Part shown: positions 1 through 8,016 of the stretch, piece by piece
Layout of the letters: each line of letters opens with the position of its first letter
How positions within the stretch are numbered: the first letter of the stretch is position 1
IMG/VR virus record: IMGVR_UViG_3300050343_000275
Reading direction: 5' to 3' (one strand)
Length of the DNA: 20,000 nucleotides
Source of the DNA: an uncultured virus (IMG/VR IMGVR_UViG_3300050343_000275)
Taxonomy: Duplodnaviria > Heunggongvirae > Uroviricota > Caudoviricetes
Notes under the pieces: generated by a model
Seen by the model: only the letters and a program-made list of their open reading frames with translations
Told to the model about the DNA's origin: nothing
The model's database searches: none
Program-made: the position numbers and the translations under genes

Positions 1-1241
1 GTCTTGATATCGACGACAACTTGTACCTCGCCTTCTCCGCGAGGTCTGCCCCGCCCTGCTCTGACTCGAGGGACGTCATTGCCCTGGTCGGGAAAGTTAT
101 CGACATCACCGAAACCGTCACCGCCTTCTTCTTCTGGCTCATCGGCTTCGATGATTGGTTCAGTCGCTGGCGCTCTTTCGATGACGGCAATGTTTGTCCA
201 TGGCCTTTCTTGATCGAAGAGTCCTTGAGTTGCTTCAACTTGGACCGGTGCTGGTCCGTCGTACCAGAAGTCATCCTCTGGATCACCAATGAAGTCATGG
301 TGGTCGTAGCCCAGAGCGCTTCCGTAAAAGCTGGAAGAGCTGTCGCTTGACTGCCTCAATTCAGCAGGCAATCGTGACCGCCAGTTTGGGTCGTCGTTGG
401 TTGCGTGGAAGAACAAAGTCCCCAGCCCAGAACCTCTAAAACCGTTAAAGAATTTCTCAGTCGTTTGCTTTGAGTTCTTGCCTTTGCCGTGATGACCACG
501 TGATGCCCAGTCACTCCATGCTGAGAACAGTGCGGAACCAGCTGTTGCTACTGAAGCTGTGATCCGCATGAATCGATCCCGGTCGCCATCAACCGTTGGC
601 TCGAGCACCTGCTCAAGGACAAACACTGCTTGATCAATTGATTGCTGGTCGATCGTGTCCGTAGATACAGCCGCCCTGGCAATCATTTTGCGTGCGTGTT
701 CTTCCGCATCGTCAAGAATTGAGTCAGGTAGTTGAGCCTCTGGCTGCCACAAAATATGCTCTGTTGGATCGCTGCCATAGAAGATTCGGCAGGGGTCAGA
801 ACAGCTCTTATCACTGCCGAGTGACCTGATCAAAAGGGTGACGACACCTCGATAGACCGTTGGATTATGGATGCGATGAGGCAGCCTGAAGACCACACGG
901 AACCGATCTTCAGGCATCTGCCCATGACGAGAGCTGGTGTATGCCCATGCAGCACTTGCCGCTAGTGGATGCTGCAGGAAGTCGTCAATCGAAAGTCCAT
1001 GATCGATATCCACAACAGCCAGATCGCTGTAATCGAAGGCTGCGCTTGACCTGTGGCCGGATGTCATGTGTACCGGAATAAACGCCATGCCAGTACCGAC
1101 CCAGTCTTTTAGTACGCTGAGCTCAGTATTTCTCGGCTCCCAGTCCCTGCCCCATGAATCGTCGAAGGGCATCTTGCTGTGTTTTTTCTGGTAACAAGTA
1201 GGGTGAACCATGTAGCAAGGGCTACCGTTTAGGTCTAGCAT
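1..1241 (-). CDS. AEP-family primase/primase-polymerase with PriCT-2 domain, 3'-truncated by window edge
   Basis: Not in the ORF track because it has no stop in the window. Hand translation from ATG 1241 (MLDLNGSPCYMVHP...) keeps one frame to the window edge. Motifs LAVVDIDHG (DxD), AYTSSRH, RFRVVFRLP and DKSCSDPCRIFYG, then PriCT-2-like AWSDWASRG...GLGTLFFHATNDDPNWR, an acidic linker and RGRPR. Confidence 0.85.
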   Translation of the reverse strand, partial: MLDLNGSPCYMVHPTCYQKKHSKMPFDDSWGRDWEPRNTELSVLKDWVGTGMAFIPVHMTSGHRSSAAFDYSDLAVVDIDHGLSIDDFLQHPLAASAAWAYTSSRHGQMPEDRFRVVFRLPHRIHNPTVYRGVVTLLIRSLGSDKSCSDPCRIFYGSDPTEHILWQPEAQLPDSILDDAEEHARKMIARAAVSTDTIDQQSIDQAVFVLEQVLEPTVDGDRDRFMRITASVATAGSALFSAWSDWASRGHHGKGKNSKQTTEKFFNGFRGSGLGTLFFHATNDDPNWRSRLPAELRQSSDSSSSFYGSALGYDHHDFIGDPEDDFWYDGPAPVQVEATQGLFDQERPWTNIAVIERAPATEPIIEADEPEEEGGDGFGDVDNFPDQGNDVPRVRAGRGRPRGEGEVQVVVDIK

Positions 1242-1250
1242 TCAAACTGA

Positions 1251-1262
1251 GTGACACGTCAC
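1251..1262. promoter_or_regulatory. Palindromic operator-like site GTGAC-AC-GTCAC
   Basis: Perfect 5-bp inverted repeat just upstream of the primase ATG, in the divergent primase/HTH intergenic region. Confidence 0.35.
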
Positions 1263-1409
1263 ACAAGTCTGGCACCTTTTGATTGCCGAGCAACCCCTCT
1301 GAGCTTATGCGGTTTTGGCTTACCACCCAAAAACATTCCAAATCGGGAACATTGGGGGTAGGCAATCACTAGACACCGATAGTAAAATTTAAAAACGATC
1401 CCCACTTCC

Positions 1410-2048
1410 ATGCCGAATACAGAGATTGAGCTCCCGAGAGCACCTAGCGACTCGTTTGATCAAGACACCATCAACGGTCGCTTTGTAAATGCACTCAATA
1501 CCGCACTAGTTTCGAATCGGTATTCACAGCGCAAGCTTTGCGCACATATTGGCGTGACGATTGGCACGATGACCAAGTACATGCGTGGTGCAATCAACCC
1601 GCTCAAGGTCGGGACAGAAGTGCAAGAGAAATTGGCAGAAGCTTTAGGAGTTAACCTCCCATCGTTAATCGCGTACTACAGGACTGGCGAATACGCTTCG
1701 CACATAACCCGAGAAGATGTGACTTCTTGGATCAGGTCTGAAGGGGCTCAAGAGGATATTCCTTTCATTCTTGACGCGACTTCCAGCGTGTTCAAGAGTG
1801 GGCTTGATCACCAAAGCAAAGAGCCAGCTGCTGAAAAGTACGACTGGCCAGCTGAAGTTCTCGCGAATCGAAAGATCAGCGTAGCTATGCAAGAGCGTCT
1901 TGGACTAGACGAGGCAGTAATGAAGCAGCTCGCTGCAGGTCGGTTCGAGACATCAACAGTCGAAGCATTTGCGATGCTGCTAAATCGTGACACTGCTGAA
2001 GTGGAAGATGCATTCAACAGCAGGTCCCCTATTGCGGGTGTCCTTTAA
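1410..2048 (+). CDS. XRE/Cro-CI-family helix-turn-helix transcriptional regulator
   Basis: SQRKLCAHIGVTIGTMTKYMRGAINP...EKLAEALGV is a typical XRE HTH. Divergent from the primase. No S24 peptidase motif recognised. Confidence 0.8.
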   Translation: MPNTEIELPRAPSDSFDQDTINGRFVNALNTALVSNRYSQRKLCAHIGVTIGTMTKYMRGAINPLKVGTEVQEKLAEALGVNLPSLIAYYRTGEYASHITREDVTSWIRSEGAQEDIPFILDATSSVFKSGLDHQSKEPAAEKYDWPAEVLANRKISVAMQERLGLDEAVMKQLAAGRFETSTVEAFAMLLNRDTAEVEDAFNSRSPIAGVL

Positions 2049-2809
2049 GTTAGAGAAATCGTGATTGATCCACTCATCGACGAGTGATATTGACAGTTGT
2101 AGTAATAAGTTTTCGGTGAACTATAGACCCATGGCCTGTAACGTAGAACTCCAGAGTCGGTTCCATTGTTGTCGTGGTCGCCAATGCTGGAATACTTTGC
2201 TGTGCTCCCAGCGCCAGTTGTTTGCGTGGATTTAATCCATAGTGGATGACCCGGAGCATTCACCGTAAGGATCAATTCTTGATTACTAATCAAGGTGATG
2301 GATGGGTTTGGCTCATCGGTTAAGCCTTCGCCTGTGAATAGATACGCACCAGAATCGCTGTTGGTCACGGTGTATCTCTTGGCATTGGTTGGACCAACTT
2401 CTCCATTGACGATCCAGTCTTGTTCACCGCGACAACGCAGCTTGGCTTCTGCGTATTGACCGGTGAGTTGGGCTCCATTGGCCGACTTGACATCGAATGC
2501 ATAGGCCATTGAAGCCACCTCTAGGGTGCCAGTTCCTATGTTGACGAGCTGTATTTCGCTGTTAAGGGCGTATTCATTTGGGACAAAATTATCTAAGGTT
2601 GAATCAGGCAGATAGGCAATGTAATGTTGATTTGCAGGTACTTCAACTTCAACGATGTTGTTTTGATCGGATGGGTTAATAATGAACAGGGAATTTGCAT
2701 ATCGAGTCTTTGGATTGGGATCAACGTATGCAAACGTGCCATCAGGCCGATTCCCGTAGAGCTTATTGTTCCTTGCGTCGTAGAACGTGGGTAGAAAGTT
2801 ATTAGGCAC
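2045..2809 (-). CDS. Tail-fibre/virion-associated protein with C-terminal cupredoxin-like domain
   Basis: EIQLVNIGTGTLEV...LTGQYAEAKL...WIVNGEV resembles phage tail-fibre modules. C-terminal GHPLWIK...YYYNCQYHSSMSGSI carries H...C-x2-H-x2-M. Confidence 0.65.
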   Translation of the reverse strand: MPNNFLPTFYDARNNKLYGNRPDGTFAYVDPNPKTRYANSLFIINPSDQNNIVEVEVPANQHYIAYLPDSTLDNFVPNEYALNSEIQLVNIGTGTLEVASMAYAFDVKSANGAQLTGQYAEAKLRCRGEQDWIVNGEVGPTNAKRYTVTNSDSGAYLFTGEGLTDEPNPSITLISNQELILTVNAPGHPLWIKSTQTTGAGSTAKYSSIGDHDNNGTDSGVLRYRPWVYSSPKTYYYNCQYHSSMSGSITISLT

Positions 2810-2846
2810 TTATTGATAGGGATTAAGTTATGGATATTCTAAATTT

Positions 2847-3620
2847 CTAACTCGCGTCAGCTTGTTTATCGAGCTCTTCCTGGTGCTCGATTTCTTTGAG
2901 CTCTTTGTAGCGACGAACTTTTTGCAGCCACTTGGTTTGGAAGCGAGATAGCTCGTCTCCTTGGAACAAGAATGACTGATCGATCTCAGGAGTGGAAACG
3001 AGGATCTGTGCGCAGTCCACTTTCAGTCCCAAAGTTTCCTCTACCGCGAGGGCATAGGCACCGAGCTGCAGACCGCATTTGTTCAGCTTGCTCCAACCAG
3101 TGAAGTTGTTTCTGGTTGTCGGATCGTTCTTCTGAGGAAAGTATCGACAATAGGGTTGATTGCTAGTTTTAAAATCGCCCAGGATTACGACATCATTTCG
3201 GACACCGACTAAATCAGGACATCCGCAGAATCCGAATTCATGTGACCAGACTCTGGAGATGCCATCTTTACCTGTGCAGAAATTCCACTCTGGCTTAAGA
3301 GGTTTCTCGGACCAGACAAAGTAATCGTACTTGTCTAAGTGCTGAGATAATCCGCGCCAGAATGGCAGATAGTCTTCCGGTAGATCGCCAACAGGCTGGC
3401 CTCGGATGTAACGCTCGCAAGCCGCATGGATAGCAGTGCCTCTGGCTGCTGCCTTCTCTTTGCCGCCTGGATTCTTTAGTCCCCAGTTGTGCAGCATTTT
3501 CTTTGAATGCTCACTGGCGGTCTTGCCCAGGATTGTGGTTACTGACGGATATACCTTGCCCGGTTTATCTGTTGTGTAATGCCTTGCGCCATCAACTTCA
3601 AACCTCGTCGGTTCATCCAT
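2847..3620 (-). CDS. PD-(D/E)XK exonuclease (Cas4/RecB-like phage exonuclease)
   Basis: YPSVTTIL, RGTAIH, SEKPL, GCPDLVG, ILGDFKTS and LQLGAYA motifs. Confidence 0.9.
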   Translation of the reverse strand: MDEPTRFEVDGARHYTTDKPGKVYPSVTTILGKTASEHSKKMLHNWGLKNPGGKEKAAARGTAIHAACERYIRGQPVGDLPEDYLPFWRGLSQHLDKYDYFVWSEKPLKPEWNFCTGKDGISRVWSHEFGFCGCPDLVGVRNDVVILGDFKTSNQPYCRYFPQKNDPTTRNNFTGWSKLNKCGLQLGAYALAVEETLGLKVDCAQILVSTPEIDQSFLFQGDELSRFQTKWLQKVRRYKELKEIEHQEELDKQADAS

Positions 3621-3703
3621 ACAAGCCGAGGCTTTTTATGAATGTAACGATTTTGTTGCGTTGACTTTAAGGCTGTCTAAGGGTGAGTCAAAAGGAACTG
3701 GAA

Positions 3704-4150
3704 CTATGACTCAAGTTCAGATGGTGCGTTGTCTGGCCGTTCCCATGGATCGTTGAAGTTTGCCAAGGCATCAGCCAGTACATCGCGCCCTTCTTGCTCA
3801 CTTCTGTAAGCGTTTAATTCTTCAAGCAGTCGTCTTGCTAGCAATGTTGCTCCTTTCATGAGCTCTTCTAGACCGATATCTTCTTTGTCTAAACGCTTGG
3901 CAAGTACAGGCCCAAGGACAGAAACGTAGGCCGAAACGAAAGCATCAGGGATGTAGCCGTTAAGGGAGGCACCGTTATTAGTAAATCCCTGCATTAATTG
4001 ATTGAGCGCATGGAGCTGCTCGCAAGTCTGCTGTTGGTAGATGACTACTTGACGCAGTTGGATATTGGTGTTCTTTAGTTCACTAAGGATTTGCTTGTTG
4101 GTCTCGAACAGGGTCAGGTTCTGATCCAGTGTCATGGAGAAGAAATCCAT
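3704..4150 (-). CDS. Hypothetical helical/coiled-coil protein (start may be 4135)
   Basis: 148-aa ORF, protein-like composition, co-oriented with neighbours. Confidence 0.7.
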   Translation of the reverse strand: MDFFSMTLDQNLTLFETNKQILSELKNTNIQLRQVVIYQQQTCEQLHALNQLMQGFTNNGASLNGYIPDAFVSAYVSVLGPVLAKRLDKEDIGLEELMKGATLLARRLLEELNAYRSEQEGRDVLADALANFNDPWERPDNAPSELES

Positions 4151-4346
4151 TAAAAACTCTGACTAGAGACAACGCAGCCTTGTCAATCGAATCAAGATGA
4201 TTCCATGCAGTAGACACTGGTTCGTGGCCATATGTGTCCAACAGGTTTCGAACGTCTTCTTTGGTTGAGGCACGTTTCAGTGCCGCGAGAAGCAGTTCTT
4301 GACTCGGTCTCAATGACGATGACTTTAGATTCTTCAATGTACTCAA
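4083..4346 (-). CDS. Hypothetical protein (start may be TTG 4313)
   Basis: Protein-like core ELLLAALKRASTKEDVRNLLDTYGHEPVSTAWNHLD. Overlaps both neighbours. Confidence 0.55.
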   Translation of the reverse strand: MSTLKNLKSSSLRPSQELLLAALKRASTKEDVRNLLDTYGHEPVSTAWNHLDSIDKAALSLVRVFNGFLLHDTGSEPDPVRDQQANP

Positions 4347-4515
4347 AAAAGCTGATCGTCTGATTCGCTACTAATTGATGCAGTGCTTCGATATCGTTTT
4401 CGCTGATTGATGACTCAGTTTCTTGCACCAAGTAGAAGTTACTCGTTGCTGTTTTTAAGAAGGGTTTGCCTTTCAAGGCACGCAGAAAATTCCCTTGGTG
4501 AATGCTTGGGGTCAT
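4192..4515 (-). CDS. Hypothetical protein
   Basis: N-terminal ~70 aa look protein-like; the C-terminal tail overlaps the next gene. Confidence 0.6.
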   Translation of the reverse strand: MTPSIHQGNFLRALKGKPFLKTATSNFYLVQETESSISENDIEALHQLVANQTISFFEYIEESKVIVIETESRTASRGTETCLNQRRRSKPVGHIWPRTSVYCMESS

Positions 4516-4552
4516 CGTCGCTAGTTTGATAGTAGAAATGTAAAAGAATAAG

Positions 4553-4831
4553 ATGCATCATCCTGAGGCCGCGACCGAAAATGTCATCGAGCCGACCGTA
4601 GGCGAGCAATTAAGACTGGCTGAATTCAACAAAAAGATTGAAAAGCTCGATCGACAAGAGCTTTTAGAAATTACCCAGATGCTGGCCAAGCAGGCCTTGG
4701 TAACTCATCCTTCAGTAATTAGATACCTGGCTCATGAAGCGGCCAGGAACCTAACTGGTGGAGGCTTGAAAGACTGGAGTCAAGAAGCTACGCAGATCAA
4801 GCAGACTTTGACTGATAGGTCTTTCGATTAA
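4553..4831 (+). CDS. nblA: NblA-like phycobilisome degradation adaptor
   Basis: IEPTVGEQLRLAEFNKKIEKLDRQELLEITQMLAKQALV matches by eye the NblA spacing of Q...F...L-x-x-Q in a two-helix hairpin. 92 aa. Confidence 0.6.
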   Translation: MHHPEAATENVIEPTVGEQLRLAEFNKKIEKLDRQELLEITQMLAKQALVTHPSVIRYLAHEAARNLTGGGLKDWSQEATQIKQTLTDRSFD

Positions 4832-4917
4832 GGCAGAACCTCCTATTAATGGGTCAATAATAGGCGAAAAGCTCAGCATTGACGGGACGTTTGGAGGAAT
4901 CTCGCTCGTTTTTATGA

Positions 4918-5328
4918 CTAAGAAACATTACAGTTCATGTCCTCTGTCCACTGTGGTGCCTGATGATGTGCTATCTGAAATTTGATAAGACTGCGTTTGC
5001 CATCGTCTGTCATTAGTGGACGGCAGCTTTCGTCTACGTGTACAACTCCCTGATACAGGCCAGTCCGGCACTCGACGTTTTTAGTGCATTGATGGCATTG
5101 ATGGCCATAACATGGTTTTTGCCGTCTTCTGTCCGGCGCTAGCTTCAGATTGTGGAAAATCTGCTGAGTAAGTGTGCAGAATGTGTAGTGCTTATTCCAG
5201 AAATATCCAAGGCAATCCGTCACCATCTCTGACTGAGTAAGCCCGAAGAAACTGGCGTACTGCTTGAGCGCCTTGTGTTGTTTGCGCGTCATGGTGACTG
5301 TCACCCTGACAATGTCGTCGTCGTGCAT
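4918..5328 (-). CDS. Ribbon-helix-helix DNA-binding protein with Cys-rich C-terminal domain (paralog B)
   Basis: VRVTVTMTRKQHKALKQYASFFGLTQSEMV is RHH-like; followed by CYGHQCHQCTKNVECRTG. Confidence 0.7.
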   Translation of the reverse strand: MHDDDIVRVTVTMTRKQHKALKQYASFFGLTQSEMVTDCLGYFWNKHYTFCTLTQQIFHNLKLAPDRRRQKPCYGHQCHQCTKNVECRTGLYQGVVHVDESCRPLMTDDGKRSLIKFQIAHHQAPQWTEDMNCNVS

Positions 5329-5462
5329 AACTCAGCTTGCGACCTCGTCTTGCAATTGTGCCAAGCCTTTTGGCGCTTGGGTCATGGGGTGAACCTGATC
5401 AAGAGTGTTTATAGGTAGAGGTGTCCAGCCACATGCGAATTATTTCATTCACTTGCAACTTG

Positions 5463-5846
5463 TCAGACAGCTGCTAGTTCTTCTGCGTCTTCCGGGCGTA
5501 ACGGGATTTCTGCGTTGACTTTGTTTTGAGGTTGGTGCATGTCTATGTACTGCTGAACTTGCGGATCCATCTCCCAGCCGCCTTTGTAGAACCCAGTCCG
5601 GCAGGCAGTGGAGTGATTGCAAGCGAAGCAAGGGAAGCCATAGCAGTCCTTCTCGAGTCTTTTGTCTCGGACGACCTTCTTAAATTCGAAGAGAGCGGAG
5701 ATAAACCCACAGCTCCTCGAATGCTTATGAATGTGGTGCCTGCTGGCCTCGTAAAGCACTTCGGACATCGTCATACCGAAGGCATTCGCGTAGTCCTTGA
5801 GGACTGCATGGTCGTGATCCGACATAGATACTTGAACCTTTTTCAT
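5463..5846 (-). CDS. Ribbon-helix-helix DNA-binding protein with Cys-rich C-terminal domain (paralog A)
   Basis: KKVQVSMSDHDHAVLKDYANAFGMTMSEVL is RHH-like; followed by CYGFPCFACNHSTACRTG. Confidence 0.72.
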   Translation of the reverse strand: MKKVQVSMSDHDHAVLKDYANAFGMTMSEVLYEASRHHIHKHSRSCGFISALFEFKKVVRDKRLEKDCYGFPCFACNHSTACRTGFYKGGWEMDPQVQQYIDMHQPQNKVNAEIPLRPEDAEELAAV

Positions 5847-5877
5847 GTGTGGCTGTGTGGTTGTGTGGTTGTGTGTC
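5846..5877. repeat. Four tandem 8-bp direct repeats TGTGTG(G/T)Y abutting the RHH start codon
   Basis: TGTGTGGC TGTGTGGT TGTGTGGT TGTGTGTC read directly from the sequence. Confidence 0.85.
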
Positions 5878-5911
5878 CTGCAATTTAGTGCGCCTGGTCG
5901 TGCATGGCAAC

Positions 5912-5936
5912 AAAAAAGCGCCCTGAGGCGCTCTTT
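5912..5936 (-). terminator. Intrinsic terminator after the SSB genes
   Basis: Minus strand AAAGAGCGCC-TCAG-GGCGCTTTTTT. Confidence 0.85.
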
Positions 5937-5962
5937 CGTTATGCAAGATAATTATTCAGTTA

Positions 5963-6691
5963 TTACCAGTCTTCGCTCATTCCGGTAGTTGCGACCTCGT
6001 GGTCAGCACCTAACTCGTCTCGCCGTGACGGTGGCAGGCCAGAGGTCTTGCCTCCATCCGGCTTGCCATCGAAAGGATCAGCGCCTTCGTACAGAGCTGG
6101 GAGCCAGATCCTGTCTTTTGCGTCTGCCCATTTCTTTTCGAATGAAGCAGATGGCACCTTAAGAACAGGAGCTAACGAATAGGTCGTCTCGATTTTCTCT
6201 CCTTTCCGCTTTGCGGTCAGGGTGAAATTGGCGACACCTGATGGGAGGAACACGTAGTCCTCCATGTCAAGTATGTCTTCGAGCAGTGCGCGGACTTTCT
6301 TTTGCAGGATGGTGACACAAGCGAAATCCTTGCGGTCTGGGAAGAAAGCAACGAATGACAGGAACTTCTTAGGCCTGTCTTTGTCCTTGCCTTCTTTGAT
6401 TAGATCGTCCAGCTCTTTGCCGGATGCGTTCTTGGCTGCCCAGGTCAGGCCAATGTCAGAGGCGTAGTCATTTGGATACTTCGCAAAGCGACGGATCCGT
6501 CCATCGGCAGTGAAGTACTGGAAGCCCTGGACAACGTGTCCCGACTCGAACTGGCCGCAAGGTCTAAATGAGATGGATTGACCATCGTCCAGATTCTTGG
6601 TGTCGAACTGAAAATATTTTGGATTGGGTTCGCTCTTGCCGCCAGGGGCTGCATCGGATTCGCGCTTGTAATCGTCAGGAAAGAATCCCAT
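5963..6691 (-). CDS. Phage single-stranded DNA-binding protein (gp32-like phage family)
   Basis: Pattern KYF...DGQSISFRP...RPKKFLSF...TILQKKV...KRKGEKIETTYS...LPALYEGADPF plus an acidic tail. Sits in the replication module. Confidence 0.6.
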   Translation of the reverse strand: MGFFPDDYKRESDAAPGGKSEPNPKYFQFDTKNLDDGQSISFRPCGQFESGHVVQGFQYFTADGRIRRFAKYPNDYASDIGLTWAAKNASGKELDDLIKEGKDKDRPKKFLSFVAFFPDRKDFACVTILQKKVRALLEDILDMEDYVFLPSGVANFTLTAKRKGEKIETTYSLAPVLKVPSASFEKKWADAKDRIWLPALYEGADPFDGKPDGGKTSGLPPSRRDELGADHEVATTGMSEDW

Positions 6692-7371
6692 TAGTTGCTC
6701 CAGTCGGTGGACATGTCGGATGAGCCGTTGAATGACTCGGCGTCGTAGCCAGAGGCGCTAGTGCCTGCAGCTGGGTCGCCTTGGCTCTTTGGCTTGCTGT
6801 GAACTCGAAGCGATCTGCACTTCAGTTCCAGGTAAGGGTTGCCTTCTTTGTTCTTGCGCTGCTCGAGGCAACCGTGGACAGAAACAAGAGCACCTTTGGG
6901 AGCTTTGGTGAGTTTCTCCATGACGAAGCCGAAGCCTCGCAGTCGAAACCAGTCAGTGATTTCTTCGTTGTTCTGGTAGCGGTTAACGGCTAGAGAACGA
7001 GAGACACTTTTCTGTGTTGGTGATGGCTTGGCTTCACTTGAAAGCCTCCCCACTACAACTGTCTCGTTGATGAATTGTTTTTCAAATGCATCGCAGAACA
7101 TGCTTACGTAAAGCACGCTTGATCCAGAGGGATCGTTGAGAATTAGATCGCCTGAGACGATTAATTGTGATCCGCTTGCCTTGGTTGCAAATGCTGCTGC
7201 TGCTGCCGAGCCATTGCGGACTCGAAGCAGAAGGTTTACAGGTTCAGTGCCGGTAGTGTTCGCATAGCACTCAAGGACCTCTTTGCCGTTAGCGACAACA
7301 GGTCCAGGAGCTGAGCCCAAGGCAACGGCGATTGTGCTGTAAGCCAATGTGTCGTTGCATGACGAGCACAA
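6691..7371 (-). CDS. ssb: SSB with two OB folds (likely start TTG 7347)
   Basis: INETVVVGRL...SLAVNR...TDWFRLRGFG...KGALVSVHGCL is an SSB OB fold. The N-half has KASGSQLIVSGDL, a second degenerate OB. Flexible acidic tail. Confidence 0.8.
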   Translation of the reverse strand: MCSSCNDTLAYSTIAVALGSAPGPVVANGKEVLECYANTTGTEPVNLLLRVRNGSAAAAAFATKASGSQLIVSGDLILNDPSGSSVLYVSMFCDAFEKQFINETVVVGRLSSEAKPSPTQKSVSRSLAVNRYQNNEEITDWFRLRGFGFVMEKLTKAPKGALVSVHGCLEQRKNKEGNPYLELKCRSLRVHSKPKSQGDPAAGTSASGYDAESFNGSSDMSTDWSN

Positions 7372-7386
7372 CTTATCGACTGGCGT

Positions 7387-8016
7387 TCACTGTGCAAGAT
7401 GAGTTGCGCTGTGTGCATATTCTTTTAACCATTGTGGTAAGGAAGGTATCTTTTCTGCTGTTTGCGGCATCACAAGAATGACTACATGCCCGTGATCCGT
7501 TTGTATCCGAAGGGGTCCGCCGTCGAAAGCAGATAAGACTACCGATTCTTCTGCAGTCGACAGTCCTCTTAAGGCACGCTCGATGTAGCGAGACTCGTAT
7601 CTGCCTGCAGTAGCACTGACCTCTGGTTCTAGTGACCAGCGATCGACGCAAGCTTTAACAGCTGAAGCCAGCGGTGGGAAGTCAGAGATGCTCTTGTTGA
7701 CGATGAACTCTTTCTTCTCACTGGTGGTCTTACGAAAGGTTGTTACGACAGCGTTGTTGCCCTCAACTGTGAGTTGACGCTCTGCTGTCTTGATGCCGCG
7801 ACAGGACTTAATTAGTTCAGGGTCTGGAAGAAGTCTCACGGTTTCGTCGACCGTGGCTGATGCGTCAAACGCCAGGCAGGCAATCTTTCCTTTGTCTGTT
7901 GAGCTGACGTATGCGCCACCCCCTGGTGCCGGTGAAATTTCTACTGCCTGATAAGGGGCGTACTTGCCGGTGAACTCAGCTGCGATGGCTACTAGAGCAG
8001 AGTTGATTTGCAGCAT
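7387..8016 (-). CDS. DNA polymerase sliding-clamp (beta/DnaN)-like protein, two-domain size
   Basis: STDKGKIA (~ATDGHRLA), DFPPL (~FPDY), YESRYIERAL (~FNxxYLxDAL), GPLRI, VILVMP. 209 aa. Confidence 0.65.
   Translation of the reverse strand: MLQINSALVAIAAEFTGKYAPYQAVEISPAPGGGAYVSSTDKGKIACLAFDASATVDETVRLLPDPELIKSCRGIKTAERQLTVEGNNAVVTTFRKTTSEKKEFIVNKSISDFPPLASAVKACVDRWSLEPEVSATAGRYESRYIERALRGLSTAEESVVLSAFDGGPLRIQTDHGHVVILVMPQTAEKIPSLPQWLKEYAHSATHLAQ

Noticed and set aside
213..230. TQGLFD in the primase linker as a clamp-binding motif
   Set aside because: Spacing is one residue short of the QL(S/D)LF consensus; cannot be supported without testing.
4..350. Plus-strand ORFs 4..213 and 21..350
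   Set aside because: Antisense shadows of the primase gene.
2847..3620. Cas4-like nuclease as evidence of a CRISPR system
   Set aside because: No repeat-spacer array or other cas genes seen; the context is phage replication/recombination.
5846..5877. Tandem repeats as CRISPR or replication iterons
   Set aside because: 8-bp units with no spacers and no adjacent AT-rich unwinding region or Rep gene; an operator fits better.
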